Shown: positions 51,092 to 62,989, counted from the first letter of the whole stretch. The stretch is DNA of 63,926 bases, filler included, from Octopus bimaculoides (GCF_001194135.2; 4 parts of 4 records of this genome joined end to end with filler, not necessarily neighbours in it); one strand, 5' to 3'. Notes: generated by a model from the sequence alone, not told the origin. Made by a program: numbers and translations.

Positions 51092-51123
51092 CTCTGCTTT
51101 ACATGAAACTCTGGAAGAATGTT
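51092..51123 (+). CDS. Candidate 32-nt exon
   Basis: Long pyrimidine tract plus ttccag; donor gtgagt; open in phase 1 (LLYMKLWKNV) or phase 2 (SALHETLEEC) but not phase 0. Confidence 0.4.
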
Positions 51124-52624
51124 GTGAGTTTTGTATCTTGAATGAATCTCAACATTTTACTGTTACCTAATTATCAATTCCTGATACTAGTTATACTCTT
51201 TCATTACTTAATAGCTACATTGAGTACAATACATTGTCAATCATTCTAAGAATTGTTGCTTGAAGGAACTTTTCAATCCTATTTATTCTAACAATGCACA
51301 AACTTCTCTTATCATTCTCTATTTAACTATAACCACTCTCTTTTATCTATTCATTAGCCCTTCTAATTTTAGAGAGTCCTCCTTACATGTTATCAGCAAT
51401 GCCTATCTACCTAAAGTACAAGGATTTAAAATTTGCCCTATTATATTTATGTTCTTTTCTTCTTTTTAATGTTTTACATCTATTTTTATGTATTATATGG
51501 GTGAGATGGCTATTAGAAATTTATACATTAGTATTTGATGGAACATTTATGCCCTTCCAACTGCTAATCATTGGATGGGGAAGTAGAAGTTAAAAGTATT
51601 TTGAAAATTGGTGGTCAGAGGTAGACAGTTATGAGCCTTTCCTGGAACATTACACAATAGCTGTTGTCAAGTTTGTATTCATGACCATATGATCACTCAC
51701 TGTTTTTCATCTTTCCATTGAATTGACCTGTTACACAAAGGGCCTTTGAAGATGGGTCACTGAATAGATTATTTGAAAGAATTGAAGTTTTAATTTGTAA
51801 TATTTTAATAATAGAATTGGAAAAAAATATTATTTGGAAAATTTTTAGTTAATTTGCATTGTAAGTTTCTTTTGTTATCAAATGTTAACTTTAGAATTTG
51901 GGTTAATCAAAACTTCAAAATTGAAATGTCTATCAGTAATTAGAGCAGCAAAAAGCCCCTAGGTAAGGTGTAACTACATTTATATTATGGTTCTGATCAA
52001 TATGACATGAATTTTAAGAACATCAACGAATAGTGACAACAATTTCAGCAACATAGATAAAGTGGCACCTAATTTTAACTAAATTTCTTTTTATAATGTC
52101 ATCCAGTAACTAGAATGACAAATTATGGACTTGGTCTTATCTTCTGGAAAAAAATTGAGAAAGGAAATATAAATTTATAGTGATGTTGACTATTTTATAA
52201 TGTTAACACAAGGCACAGTGGTTATGAAGTTTAAATTGCTAAACAGACATAAGTTCAAATTTTGATATTGCCATTATGTTGTGCCCTTGGACAAAGCACA
52301 TAAGTATGTGTATCTCAGTTTATTTGACTAAAAAAAACAAAAGAAGTTTCTTATTTTGCATTTGAGTAGAAAGTATATCATGAAGTTACAATTTTTGTAA
52401 CAGATAAACCATCCCAACCATACAATTTTGAAAAAAAAGGATGTAAAGCAGTAAAATAAACTTAAGTTTTTAACCCCATTTCATGCAGAGGCAAGTCCTA
52501 ACAAACAAATGTATATTTGCAGTGTTTTGTAATTTAAAAAAAAAATTTCTAGTAAGACTGTGCAAGCTGCACCTGTCTTTGTATGCAAGCCTTAAAGTGT
52601 TGTGTGCACTTTGACATCTTTCAG

Positions 52625-52690
52625 GAAAGCATAGATAATTATGCTGACTTTGAAGTACTGAATGCTGCTTCTTTTCTTGTTCTGGATCCA
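52625..52690 (+). CDS. Candidate 66-nt symmetric exon
   Basis: catctttcag acceptor, CCA|gtgagt donor; ESIDNYADFEVLNAASFLVLDP. Confidence 0.45.
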
Positions 52691-52987
52691 GTGAGTTCCC
52701 TCCTATTTCCTCATGTTTTGTTTGTCTTCTTGATGTTTTTGTCATTGTTATTGCTGTTAACTAATTCAGTCTGTAGTGTAAAGTTTGGTTTGATGTTGTA
52801 GTTTCCTTCTTCCATAAAATGAGGACTAAGTGTAAAACTATGCACTTGTCCTCAATTGAATACTGGTGTAGGTGTCTTTTTTCTCTTTTTTTCCATTTTT
52901 CTCTTTATTTAGCTTACTCTATTCTTTATCCTTCTGCTTTATTATATTATGTTCATGTTTTTAGTGCACAGTTTTGGTTTTGGACAG

Positions 52988-53017
<30 letters not shown>

Positions 53018-53020
<3 letters not shown>

Positions 53021-53890
53021 GGCAACTGACTGGCAGAATCCTTAGCACACCTGGCAAAATGCTTAGTGGCATTTTGTCTGTCTTTACAGTCTGAGTTCAA
53101 ATTCTGGCAAGTTTAACTTTGCTTTTCATCCTTTCGGGGGTCCATGAAATAAGTACCATTTGGGCATTAGGGTTCAGTGTAATTGACTTACTCACTCCCC
53201 AGAAATTGCTGGTCTTGTGTCAAAATTTGAAACCATTATTATTATTACAGATGGTGAGAAGGCAGTGAGCTGGCAGAATCATTAGCATGCTAGACAAATT
53301 GCTTTATGGCATTTCATGCATATTTACATTCTGAGTTCAAATTCCACTGAGGTTGACTTTGCCTTTCATTCTTCCAGGGTCTATGATATTAGTGTCAGTC
53401 AAGTACTGGAGTCAGTGTAATCAACTAGCCCCCTTACCTCTAGATTTCAGGCCTTGTGCCTAGAGTAGAAAGGTTTATTAAAGATGGCAGGCTAACAGAA
53501 TTATTAGCACGCCAGCCAAAATGCTTTGTGGCATTTCTTCCTGTCTTATGTTCTGAGTTCAAATCCCATTAAAGCCAGCTTTACCTTTCAAGGTTGATAA
53601 AATAAGTACCAGATGAGTACTAGGGTCAATGTAATTGACTAGTCTCCTCTTACAAAATTTCAGGCATTGTTCCTATAGTAGAAAGGAAAGGCAGTGAGCT
53701 GGCAGAATCATTAGCATGCCAAGCAAAATACTGAGCAGTATTTCATCTGTCTTTATGTTCTGAGTTCAAATTCTGCCTTTCATCCCTCTGGAGTCAATAA
53801 AATAAGCACCAGTTGCATACTGGGGTCGATATAATCGACTAGCCCCTTTGACAAGATTTCAGGCCTTGTGCCTATAGCGGAAAGGATTAT
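53018..53890 (+). mobile_element. Four head-to-tail Meta-like SINE copies
   Basis: Units start near 53018, 53270, 53482 and 53687; each has GGCAGAATC(A)TTAGCA, TTCTGAGTTCAAAT and CCTTTCATCCTT..GGGGTC.AT..AATAAGTACC-like blocks. Confidence 0.88.
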
Positions 53891-54149
53891 TATTGTTATC
53901 ATTACTGCAGCACTGAAATTTAATTTGCAACAAGCTTGGTGCTACTGTTTTTTTTTTCTCTTTTATTGCTCTTCTTGTGTGTGGCACACTTCTTATATAT
54001 ACACTTATGCAACTATGTATATGTATGAACAAATACATAAAAGAGTGCGTATATGTATATGCATATGTTTGTATGTATATATACCCACAAACATATTCAT
54101 ACATGCATATATTAGTATTACCATGGTATCTTAAAGATAGCACATTGGC

Positions 54150-56405
54150 AGTGACTTGGTGTTGAGAGAGAATCATGATGTTATAGGAGAGAAATGTGTC
54201 TGCATGGATGACGGCTCATTTGCATTTAATGAGAGAGACTTGGAGACGCCACTATGAAAGGTTGCTAAATGAAGAGAATGAAAGGGAGAAAGAGAGTCTG
54301 CCAAATGTCAACCCAACAGAGGGACCAGCTATCCGAATTGACAGTACTTTGGTAGATAAAGCAATTAAGAGTATGAAGACAGGGAAAGACCCCGGCCCAT
54401 CAGGAATCATTGCAGAGATGCTTAAAATATCTGGTGGTGTAGGCTATAGTCTAGTCACCCATATATTCAATAAGGTGATACATTCTGGAGTCATACCCAA
54501 TGACTGGTGTAGCAGTACCATAGTCAACTGTAACAAAGGTAAAGGTGACGCATTAGATAGGAATAATTACAGAGGTATCAAATTGGTGGATCAGGTGATG
54601 AAAGTTACAGAGAGGGTCATAACCCAACTAATTAGGGAGAGAGTTAATTTAGACAAGATGCAGTTTGAGTTTGTGCCAGGGAGCAACACCAGTGATACTG
54701 TATTTCAAGTAAGACAGCTGCAGGAGAAATACCCTGCCAAAAATAAACCTCTGTACTTGGCTTTCTTTGACAGAGTCCCCCAATCCCTTATCTGGTGGTC
54801 AATGTGGAAACTAGGGATAGATGAGTGGTTAGTGAGAGCTGTACAAGCCATGTACAAGGATACTGTCAGTAAGGTGAGGGTTGGCAACGAGTATAGTGAA
54901 GAATTCTGGGTGGGGGTCCACCAAGGATCAGTCCTCAGCCCCCTCATAGTCATCATAGTCCTTCAGGCAATAACAGAGGAATTCAAAACACGCTGCACCT
55001 GGTAGTTCCTCTATGCTGATGACCATACTCTAATAGCTGAGTCACTATCAGAACTAGAGGAGAAGTTTCAGGTGTGGAAGCAAGGACTAGAATCAAAGGG
55101 CCTTAGAGTCAATCTTGCAAACACCAAAGTCTTAGTAAGTAGGAAGGCAGACAAATCACAAATCCCTTCAGGTAGATGGCCTTGCTCAATTTGTAGAAAA
55201 GGCATAAGTAGAAACTCCATAAGATGTACCTGGTGTAGCTGTGGACACATAAGAGGTGCAGTAATATCAAAGGAAGGCTAACTGGGAAGATAGTTTTTGT
55301 GTATGGCAGATGTACAGGGGCAATAAACACTGAAAATGTGCAGAAAATGGCTTCCATCACATGCCAGAGGGAAAAACTAGAGGTAGTTGATAGCTTCCAT
55401 TACCTAGGTGACCAAGTCAGTAGTAGGGGTGGTTGCTCTGAGAGCATAGCTGCTAGAATAAGAATAGTCTGGGCAAAGTTCAGAGAGCTCCTACCTCTGC
55501 TGGTAACAAAGGGCCTCTTACTCAGAGTGAAAAGTAGACTGTATGACGCATGTGTGCGAACAGCCATGCTACACAGCAGTGAAACATGGGCTGTGACTGC
55601 TGAAGACATGCGTAAGCTTGCAAGAAATGAAGCTAGTATGCTCCACTGGATGACTAATGTTAGTGTGCATATACAACAGAGTGTAAGCACCCTGAGAGAA
55701 AAGTTGGATATAAGAAGCATCTGACTGTGCTGGTATGGTTATGTGTTGCGTATGGATGAGGACAGCTGTGTGAAAAAGTGTCACACCCTAACAGTAGAGG
55801 GAACCTGTGGAAGAGGTAGACCCAGGAAGATCTGGGATGTGGTGAAGCATGACCTTCACACATTGGGCCTCATGGAGGCAATGACAAGTGACCGAGACCT
55901 TTGGAGATAAGCCAAGTGAGACCGTAGCTGTGGCCTATGCCAGTGTTGCATAACCGGCTCATTTAAAAGTACCCTTCAATCATTGGGCAATATACTGTGC
56001 TTGAGAAGACCTGTTGAGTCAAGTGAAATCATTGTCATGGCCAATGCCAGTACTGCCTGACTACCACCCATGCCAGTGGCACGTAAAAAGCACCATACTT
56101 GTGTGGTAGATGCCAGTGCCACCTGATTTGTTCCATGCTAGTGGCATGTAAAAAGCACCATTCAGAGTGTGGTTGTTGCCAGTTCCACTTGACTGGCTTC
56201 CATGCTGGTGGCACGTAAAAAGCACCATATGAGCATGGTCATTGCCAGTGCCACCTGACTGGCCCCCATGCAGGTGGCATGTAAAAAGTATCCACTAAAC
56301 CTTGCCAAATCAGATTGGAGCTTGGTGTAGCCTCATGGCTTGCCAGTCCACAGTCAAATCGTCCAACCCATGCCAGCATGGAAAGCGGATGTTAAAAGAT
56401 GATGA
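54150..56405 (+). mobile_element. RTE-clade LINE, 5'-truncated (RT, C-terminus, 3' UTR)
   Basis: MKTGKDPGPSG, NYRGIKL, QFEFVPG..T.D, GVHQGSVLSP, YADD after an in-frame TAG at 55003-55005, LHSSETW; ends CCAGCATGGAAAGCGGATGTTAAAAGATGATGATG. Confidence 0.96.
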
Positions 56406-57892
56406 TGGATTATTCACTGTATGTTTTTTGCATAGAAGTAAGGAGGTAAATGGTGAAAGAGAGATGAAACTGAGGATCTAAATGACTGAAGAAGTGTTGA
56501 GAATCCCAATATAGAGGATTCTTTGTTGGTTTAAAACATAATTGTTGTGTGTGTGTGTGTATGTATTAATATATATGCAGTTGTTAGACAAAATAATGGA
56601 AATACTTTGTTAAATGAAAGTTCTATTATTTAATACAGTTTTTCATGGCACCTGCGCTAGTGAAGTTACCATGCAGGTTGCAAGACTAAGATGCCCTTTG
56701 AATGGGTAGGGCTACAGTAGAGAGGGAGGTGACATTATAGTAGAAGATGAAGGGTTAAAGTATGAGAGAGATGACAGAACAGAACAAGTTTCTTGCTGTG
56801 GGTAAGCTACATGACTAACTATGTTATAGAGGAGAGGGTGGAAGATACCAAGGCGGAAACGGAAGGAGGGAAAAGGTGATGAAGTATCAGGGTGGACCCT
56901 CAAGATATGAGATAGGTAAAAGTAAGTGGGGTTAGTGAATGGGGTTAGGAGTGCTAGTCACTAGAGCTTTTAAGAGTGAATAAGAGACTTAGAAATGTTT
57001 ACAGATGTGGGCATAGGTGAAAGGGTGAGTATAATGCAGAATGGATATCGAGGAATGATAAGTAGAGGAGAGTAGATGATAACTGTAGAAGTTGAGTAAG
57101 GTTGAGAGGTGGATTTAGTGAATGATGGATAAGAGGTGGAGGTGACCAATGATATATATGAGTTGGGGGGAGGTGGGAAGAGTTGGAAATAACTGACAGT
57201 ACAGAAATTGGAACAGCAGAATAGTAATAATGGTAAAATAAATAGGAGAAGGATGTGACAGAGCTGACATGTAGTTAAGAGTGAGCAATGTAGAAAGTGG
57301 TTTGAGAGGACAAAATTAAGAATTAAAGATAGTGAAATGGTTCTGAGTAGTAAGAAGGATATGTGGTATGAAGTAAAAACTGATGAAGTGTGCAGTTTCG
57401 AACTGCTCCTAAGTTTTGATGTACACTGAACTTCAACCCCTTATGAAAGTATTCACTCACTAATACAAGGGAGCCTCTACAAACCAGTGACATAGCTTCT
57501 GTATAGTCAACTGACTTACTCAGACTAGCAGCCAAATTTCCACCACATCACACCTTGTCATCATACAAAAAAGTCCTGGATACACCATACTTGACAAAAA
57601 GACAGGATGACTTCGGTTAGAATGTCTCTGATCATAGGTCTGTTGAATCAGTGCAGACACGCAGCACTGATCAGAATACGGTCCGATATATCATGACATG
57701 TAATGATAAAATGACATTTGCTTTGTTTTTATTTTGCAAAGGATGTAACGTTTGTTTATTTTCTTGTGTATTCATTACTATGTATGTTCTAGCCATAGAA
57801 TAATTGGCTTATTCTTAACAAAGAGAAGAAAGCTTGTTATCCACCAAGCCATTGACTAAAATATGGTGTCTTAATGTATATCCTTTATTCAG

Positions 57893-58008
57893 AAATAAAA
57901 GTTCCTGATTCAAATCAAAATGGTAGGACAATAATATTCAGAAATAAGACAGCTGGTGACAAGCGATCAAAGCTTACTACAGATATAAAAATGCTTTCTA
58001 AAAATGAG
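57893..58008 (+). CDS. Candidate exon of an unidentified gene
   Basis: tcctttattcag acceptor, GAG|gtcagt donor; 116 nt, phase 1 to 0; IKVPDSNQNGRTIIFRNKTAGDKRSKLTTDIKMLSKNE. Confidence 0.45.
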
Positions 58009-58677
58009 GTCAGTAGTCCAAAAAAAAAACAGTATCTAAATTGTCCTGTCATACAGCATTTATCTCAGTAGCCATAGTTGTTCATTATCCTTTACATTCA
58101 GAATTTTTATTCAGCTGAATAATTAAGCCATTACATCAAACTAGTATCCACATTAAATAGACACAATTATGTGCAAGTCTTTAAAAACCTGCAATAATAT
58201 TAACTTGGCAATCACATCACATGAACATATCTGAAATGTGTAGTATACTATATAATTTGGTACATTCATAGCATATGGTTTATTTCAAAGATTAAACTAA
58301 ATTTCCTTAATTTATAACTGTTTATTTATTTATTTACGGCCTCAAACATCTCATAATACCTTCGCGCTTTAGTTTTGCCCCCTATTATTTATCTTGTTTC
58401 TCTCCATGAAATTCAATTGAATTCAGTTGTTGTCTTAAATTCATGCTTATTCATTTTCTAAGCTTCCTAAATTCATGCTACGTTATATTCTAATCACCCA
58501 GAATTCATTGCTCTTTTAAAAATTACGATTTATGCATTGTTGTCTCTCAAATATTTAAAATCTACAATTAAGAGCCCTATCTACTCGCTGGCGGTACCTA
58601 CCCACCACTACCCATTTTCCTTTATTCAAAAATTCTTATCGCTCCTTAAAATTATGGCTTTTAAGTGTTGATTTCTC

Positions 58678-58777
58678 NNNNNNNNNNNNNNNNNNNNNNN
58701 NNNNNNNNNNNNNNNNNNNNNTTAATTAATTAANNNNNNNNNNNNNNNNNNNNNNNNNNNNNNNNNNNNNNNNNNNN
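58678..58777. other. Artificial scaffold-join spacer
   Basis: 44N-TTAATTAATTAA-44N. Confidence 0.95.
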
Positions 58778-58915
58778 GTTTATAAATATATATGAGCTTT
58801 TAAATAAGTTCTCCACCAATAATGGTGCTTTCATACCAATGGGCTTGGTAAAAATTATTAATTGTTAATTGATTTATTAATTAATAAATTGATAATCCTT
58901 TACCCTTTTAATTTG

Positions 58916-58958
<43 letters not shown>

Positions 58959-58989
58959 TATATTGACCAAATGTTGTACACTACTGATC

Positions 58990-59190
58990 ACAATGCACTA
59001 CCTTGCATTGTTGTAGCTTACAGATGATGCCACCCAGGCAGGCCAATGTTCCTTCTGAGTGGGACATCAGTCCATCACTGGGTTGGAACATGAAATGGAG
59101 CATTTTCCCCCAAGAATACACTGCCCCACAAATCTTGAAATCAAAGCCATGATCTCACAACTGTGACTCTTACACCCCAACCACTAAGCC
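58990..59190 (-). mobile_element. Decayed tRNA-derived SINE
   Basis: Minus strand TGGCTTAGTGGTTGGGG (A box) followed by a decayed B box GCTTTGATTTC. Confidence 0.55.
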
Positions 59191-59339
59191 AAGTTATGTG
59201 CTTTCACACACACACATATCCTTTAAGTCCATTTATGTGAACCGTTTTCGAGTGTGTTCATAAAAGCTCCAATGCTATTTATTCTGTATATATATAATGA
59301 ATCATTATACAATCTCGACATAATTAAATCAATGGGTAA

Positions 59340-59745
59340 CTAGCCCAATTGACTTGCTTCTTGTGTTTGTTTCTCCATTCTCCACTTAATTATAATTATA
59401 AACTATGTTTTAAACGATAAATTACCTGCCTCTGGATACCTTCAAACAAAGACGGTACCCACACAGGTAATCTCCAGGAGTGCCTTTGGATTTAACTATC
59501 CCCTGGTTGCTTAGATACTTCAGACTACCACTTGAATATTGAAGCAATCCTATCATATACCTATATGATTGACCGTTGACTGAACACTATTCAATTTTTT
59601 TTCTCCGTGTTTTTCTCCTTGTCTCCGTATTCTTTCTGTTGAAGAGCGTAGCTCGAAACGTCAAAGACTTTCCGTATTCCCGAGCGTCATACTAATATAT
59701 ACTTTTGTTATTTACACCACCTGTCCTCGTCTGTTGTTATTTTTT
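59340..59745 (+). mobile_element. Penelope-type terminal repeat with hammerhead-like motif (59631-59667)
   Basis: TCTTT-CTGTTGA-A-GAG(CGTAG)CTC-GAAAC-GTC-AAAGA. The 5' boundary is approximate. Confidence 0.65.
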
Positions 59746-60211
59746 NNNNNNNNNNNNNNNNNNNNNNNNNNNNNNNNNNNNNNNNNNNNNNNNNNNNNNN
59801 NNNNNNNNNNNNNNNNNNNNNNNNNNNNNNNNNNNNNNNNNNNNNNNNNNNNNNNNNNNNNNNNNNNNNNNNNNNNNNNNNNNNNNNNNNNNNNNNNNNN
59901 NNNNNNNNNNNNNNNNNNNNNNNNNNNNNNNNNNNNNNNNNNNNNNNNNNNNNNNNNNNNNNNNNNNNNNNNNNNNNNNNNNNNNNNNNNNNNNNNNNNN
60001 NNNNNNNNNNNNNNNNNNNNNNNNNNNNNNNNNNNNNNNNNNNNNNNNNNNNNNNNNNNNNNNNNNNNNNNNNNNNNNNNNNNNNNNNNNNNNNNNNNNN
60101 NNNNNNNNNNNNNNNNNNNNNNNNNNNNNNNNNNNNNNNNNNNNNNNNNNNNNNNNNNNNNNNNNNNNNNNNNNNNNNNNNNNNNNNNNNNNNNNNNNNN
60201 NNNNNNNNNNN

Positions 60212-60247
<36 letters not shown>

Positions 60248-61029
60248 GAATATTTTTATTGGAATATACTTAATTCTCTTTCTTCCCCGACCCATGCCTC
60301 TTATCTATATAAAAAAAAACCTAACCTCCCGTACTTGTTATTGTCAACTTGGAAATGTAAAACCTGTTACCCTAAAGAAGGAGGAACTGCTAAATAATGG
60401 GTACTATACACCCTTATTTTTACCAGCAATTAATCTCTAGAAACGGCCGTTGGTACCCTATTTTAACAATGTTCAACTATCCTGACTTAATTTCTTTCCT
60501 CCTTGTATCTTTTATTTCGCTTTCATCACTACTTCAGATCGTCTTCAATATACTTACTTATACATGTACGTTTTAATATATTTATGCCTACATCAAAAGT
60601 TTTTAAAAATCTATTATTTTATATATATATTTTTAATATATTTATTTCTTTATAGATTTTTTTTAAATGTCTGTATACTTATATATTTTTAATGTATCAT
60701 GTATATACTTGTTCTATAAATTCATCTGAAATCAGAGTCATGTTTACAGATTAAATTACCTGGTCTTACATTTCTTCATATATATTTTTTATCTTTTGTC
60801 TCAAGTTCCTCTTGAGCACTTCTAAGTGCAAACCTTAACTTTGTGAGAGAATTTCTGATTAATCATATTCTTCCTCAAAACAATTATATATATATAAATA
60901 TATATATACACATATACATATATATACACACACATACATATATATACATATATGTATATATATATACACACACACATATATATATATATACATATATACA
61001 CACACACACATATAGAAATACATATATAT

Positions 61030-61215
61030 ATATAAGCTCAAGAGTGGGTGTGTGGTAAGAAGCTTGCTTCCCAATCAAATGATCCCAGGTTCAGTCCCAC
61101 TCCATGGCACCTTGGGCAAGTGTCTTCTACTATAGCCTCAGGCTGACCAAAACATTGTGAGTGGATTTGGTAAACAGAAACTGAAAGAAGCTCGTTATAT
61201 GTGTGTGTGTGTGTC
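61030..61215 (+). mobile_element. CORE-like SINE, head half only, ending in (TG)n
   Basis: Matches 61663-61830. Confidence 0.88.
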
Positions 61216-61301
61216 TGTCTGTATGTATATATATATATAACCATCTGTGTACGTTCTATCTATCCTATATGTTCATAACACAACACATACAACATATTTA
61301 C

Positions 61302-61473
61302 CTTTAATTATACTTTCGGCTGATATCATCTGGACATCATGAACTCTGGAGTCGAGACAAGAGGTTAAACTTTCCATTAACATAGACAACGATGTCTCAC
61401 CACAGCCTTCCCCGTTGTAGACATAGACAGGCTTCTTACTCACTATTGGTGACATGATCTTATACAGACGGTG
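61302..61473 (-). CDS. Exon encoding a BPL_N-like (biotin-protein ligase N-terminal, GATase1-fold) segment
   Basis: tttctttttccag acceptor, AAG|gtaaat donor; 172 nt; HRLYKIMSPIVSKKPVYVYNGEGCGETSLSMLMESLTSCLDSRVHDVQMISAESIIK(G) resembles yeast Bpl1 MNVLVYNGPGT...SL and the BPL_N start motif (recalled). Confidence 0.7.
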
Positions 61474-61534
61474 CTGGAAAAAGAAATTTATGAAACGTAT
61501 TTAAGTCTCTCTGATTTAATCTTTGTAAATTTAA

Positions 61535-62191
61535 CCCTTTAGCATTCAAACCGGCCACACCCAGCCGAAATATTCTACCTCTTTTATATTCACATTGTCC
61601 AGATCTTACTTTTAATACCAACCCTACAATATCATTCTAAAAATTAATAAAAATTAATGATAGACGTAGGAGTGGCTGTGTGGTAAGTAGCTTGCTTACC
61701 AACCACATGGTTCTGGGTTCAGTCCCACTGCGTGGCACCTTGGGCAAGTGTCTTCTACTATAGCCTCAGGCCAACCAAAGCCTTGTGAGTGGATTTGGTA
61801 GACGGAAACTGAAAGAAGCCCATTGTATATATGTATATATATGTGTGTGTGTGTATATGTTTGTGTGTCTGTGGTTGTCCCCCCCTCCCAACATCGCTTG
61901 ACAACCGATGCTGGTGTGTTTACGTCCCCGTAACTTAGCGGTTCGGCAAAAGAGAACGATAGAATAAATACTAGGCTTCCAAAGAATAAGTCCTGGGGTC
62001 GATTTGCTCGACTAAAGGTGGTGCTCCAGCATGGCCACAGCCAAATGACTGAAACAAGTAAAAGAGTAAAGAGAGAGAGAGAGTAATTACCTCATCAAAA
62101 TCTCCCAGCTACAAGATAATGCATAATTAATTCAAAACAATGTGAATAAAAAAATCATTAATTTTGACAGAATAAAGTGACTGCTGAAGGG
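61535..62191. mobile_element. piggyBac-like MITE with TTAA target duplication, interrupted by a SINE
   Basis: TTAA|CCCTTTAGCA ... TGCTGAAGGG|TTAA. Confidence 0.75.
61663..62072 (+). mobile_element. Full-length, little-decayed CORE-like tRNA SINE (reference copy)
   Basis: A box TGGCTGTGTGG, B box GGTTCAGTCCC, CORE-like GGCACCTTGGGCAAGTGTCTT, (TA)/(TG) spacer, tail ending (GTAAAAGA)n; CpGs retained. Confidence 0.92.
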
Positions 62192-62414
62192 TTAAATAAA
62201 AATTTTATCATGCATCTTGTAAACATTTAGTTAAATGTATCCAACCAGACAATCAACAGATTACTGCAGTAACAAGGGATTGCTTTTATAACTTGTGCAA
62301 AACAATTATCACACAAGGGACTGTCATTTGAAACTACCAGTTTATATGGTTTCTCACCATTGCTTACATCTTTCACTAATATACATTGCTGAGATACACG
62401 GACATTAATACATA

Positions 62415-62858
62415 GGAGGCAACTGGCACTTGTGCCAGTGACATGCAAAATGCACCTGTCAAGCATTGGGCCTCACGGAGGCAATGTAGCTGGTGCTAGA
62501 GTTACGTAACTGGCACCTGTGCTGGGGGCACGTAAAAAGCACCTTTCGAGTGTTGGGCCTCATGGAAGCAATGACAAATAACCGAGACCTTTGGCAATAG
62601 GACATGCTTGAGAAGAAGACCCATAAAACTAAGTGAAATCATAATTGTGGCAAATACTGGTTTCACACAACTGGCACCCATGCCAGAAACAAGTAAAAGC
62701 ACTCTTGGTGTGGTTGGTGTTAGGAAGGGCATCCAGCTGTAGAATCCATGCCAAATCAGACAGGAGTCCGGTGTAGCCACTCAGCTTACCAGCTCTGATC
62801 AAACTGTCCATCCCATGCCAGCATGGACAACAGATGTTAAAAGATGATGATGATGACG
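62415..62858 (+). mobile_element. RTE 3'-end derivative (non-autonomous)
   Basis: Shares TTGGGCCTCA(C/T)GGAGGCAATG, GGCACGTAAAAAGCACC and the CCATGCCAGCATGG...GATGATGAT tail with 55860-56405. Confidence 0.85.
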
Positions 62859-62989
62859 CAAAGTTAAAATCTGTTTGTGACATGTTTTAGCTTCTAAAGG
62901 TAAATCATCATCAAATATCTGCTCTCCATACTGGATGGTTTGGCAGGGTCCAGTGAGTTTCAGGGCTGCCTCTTGCTGTGTGTGTGTGT

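Noticed and set aside
51695-51760. Candidate minus-strand exon (DPSSKALCVTGQFNGKMKN)
   Set aside because: It has plausible splice sites but no partner exons, and it conflicts with the more numerous plus-strand candidates.
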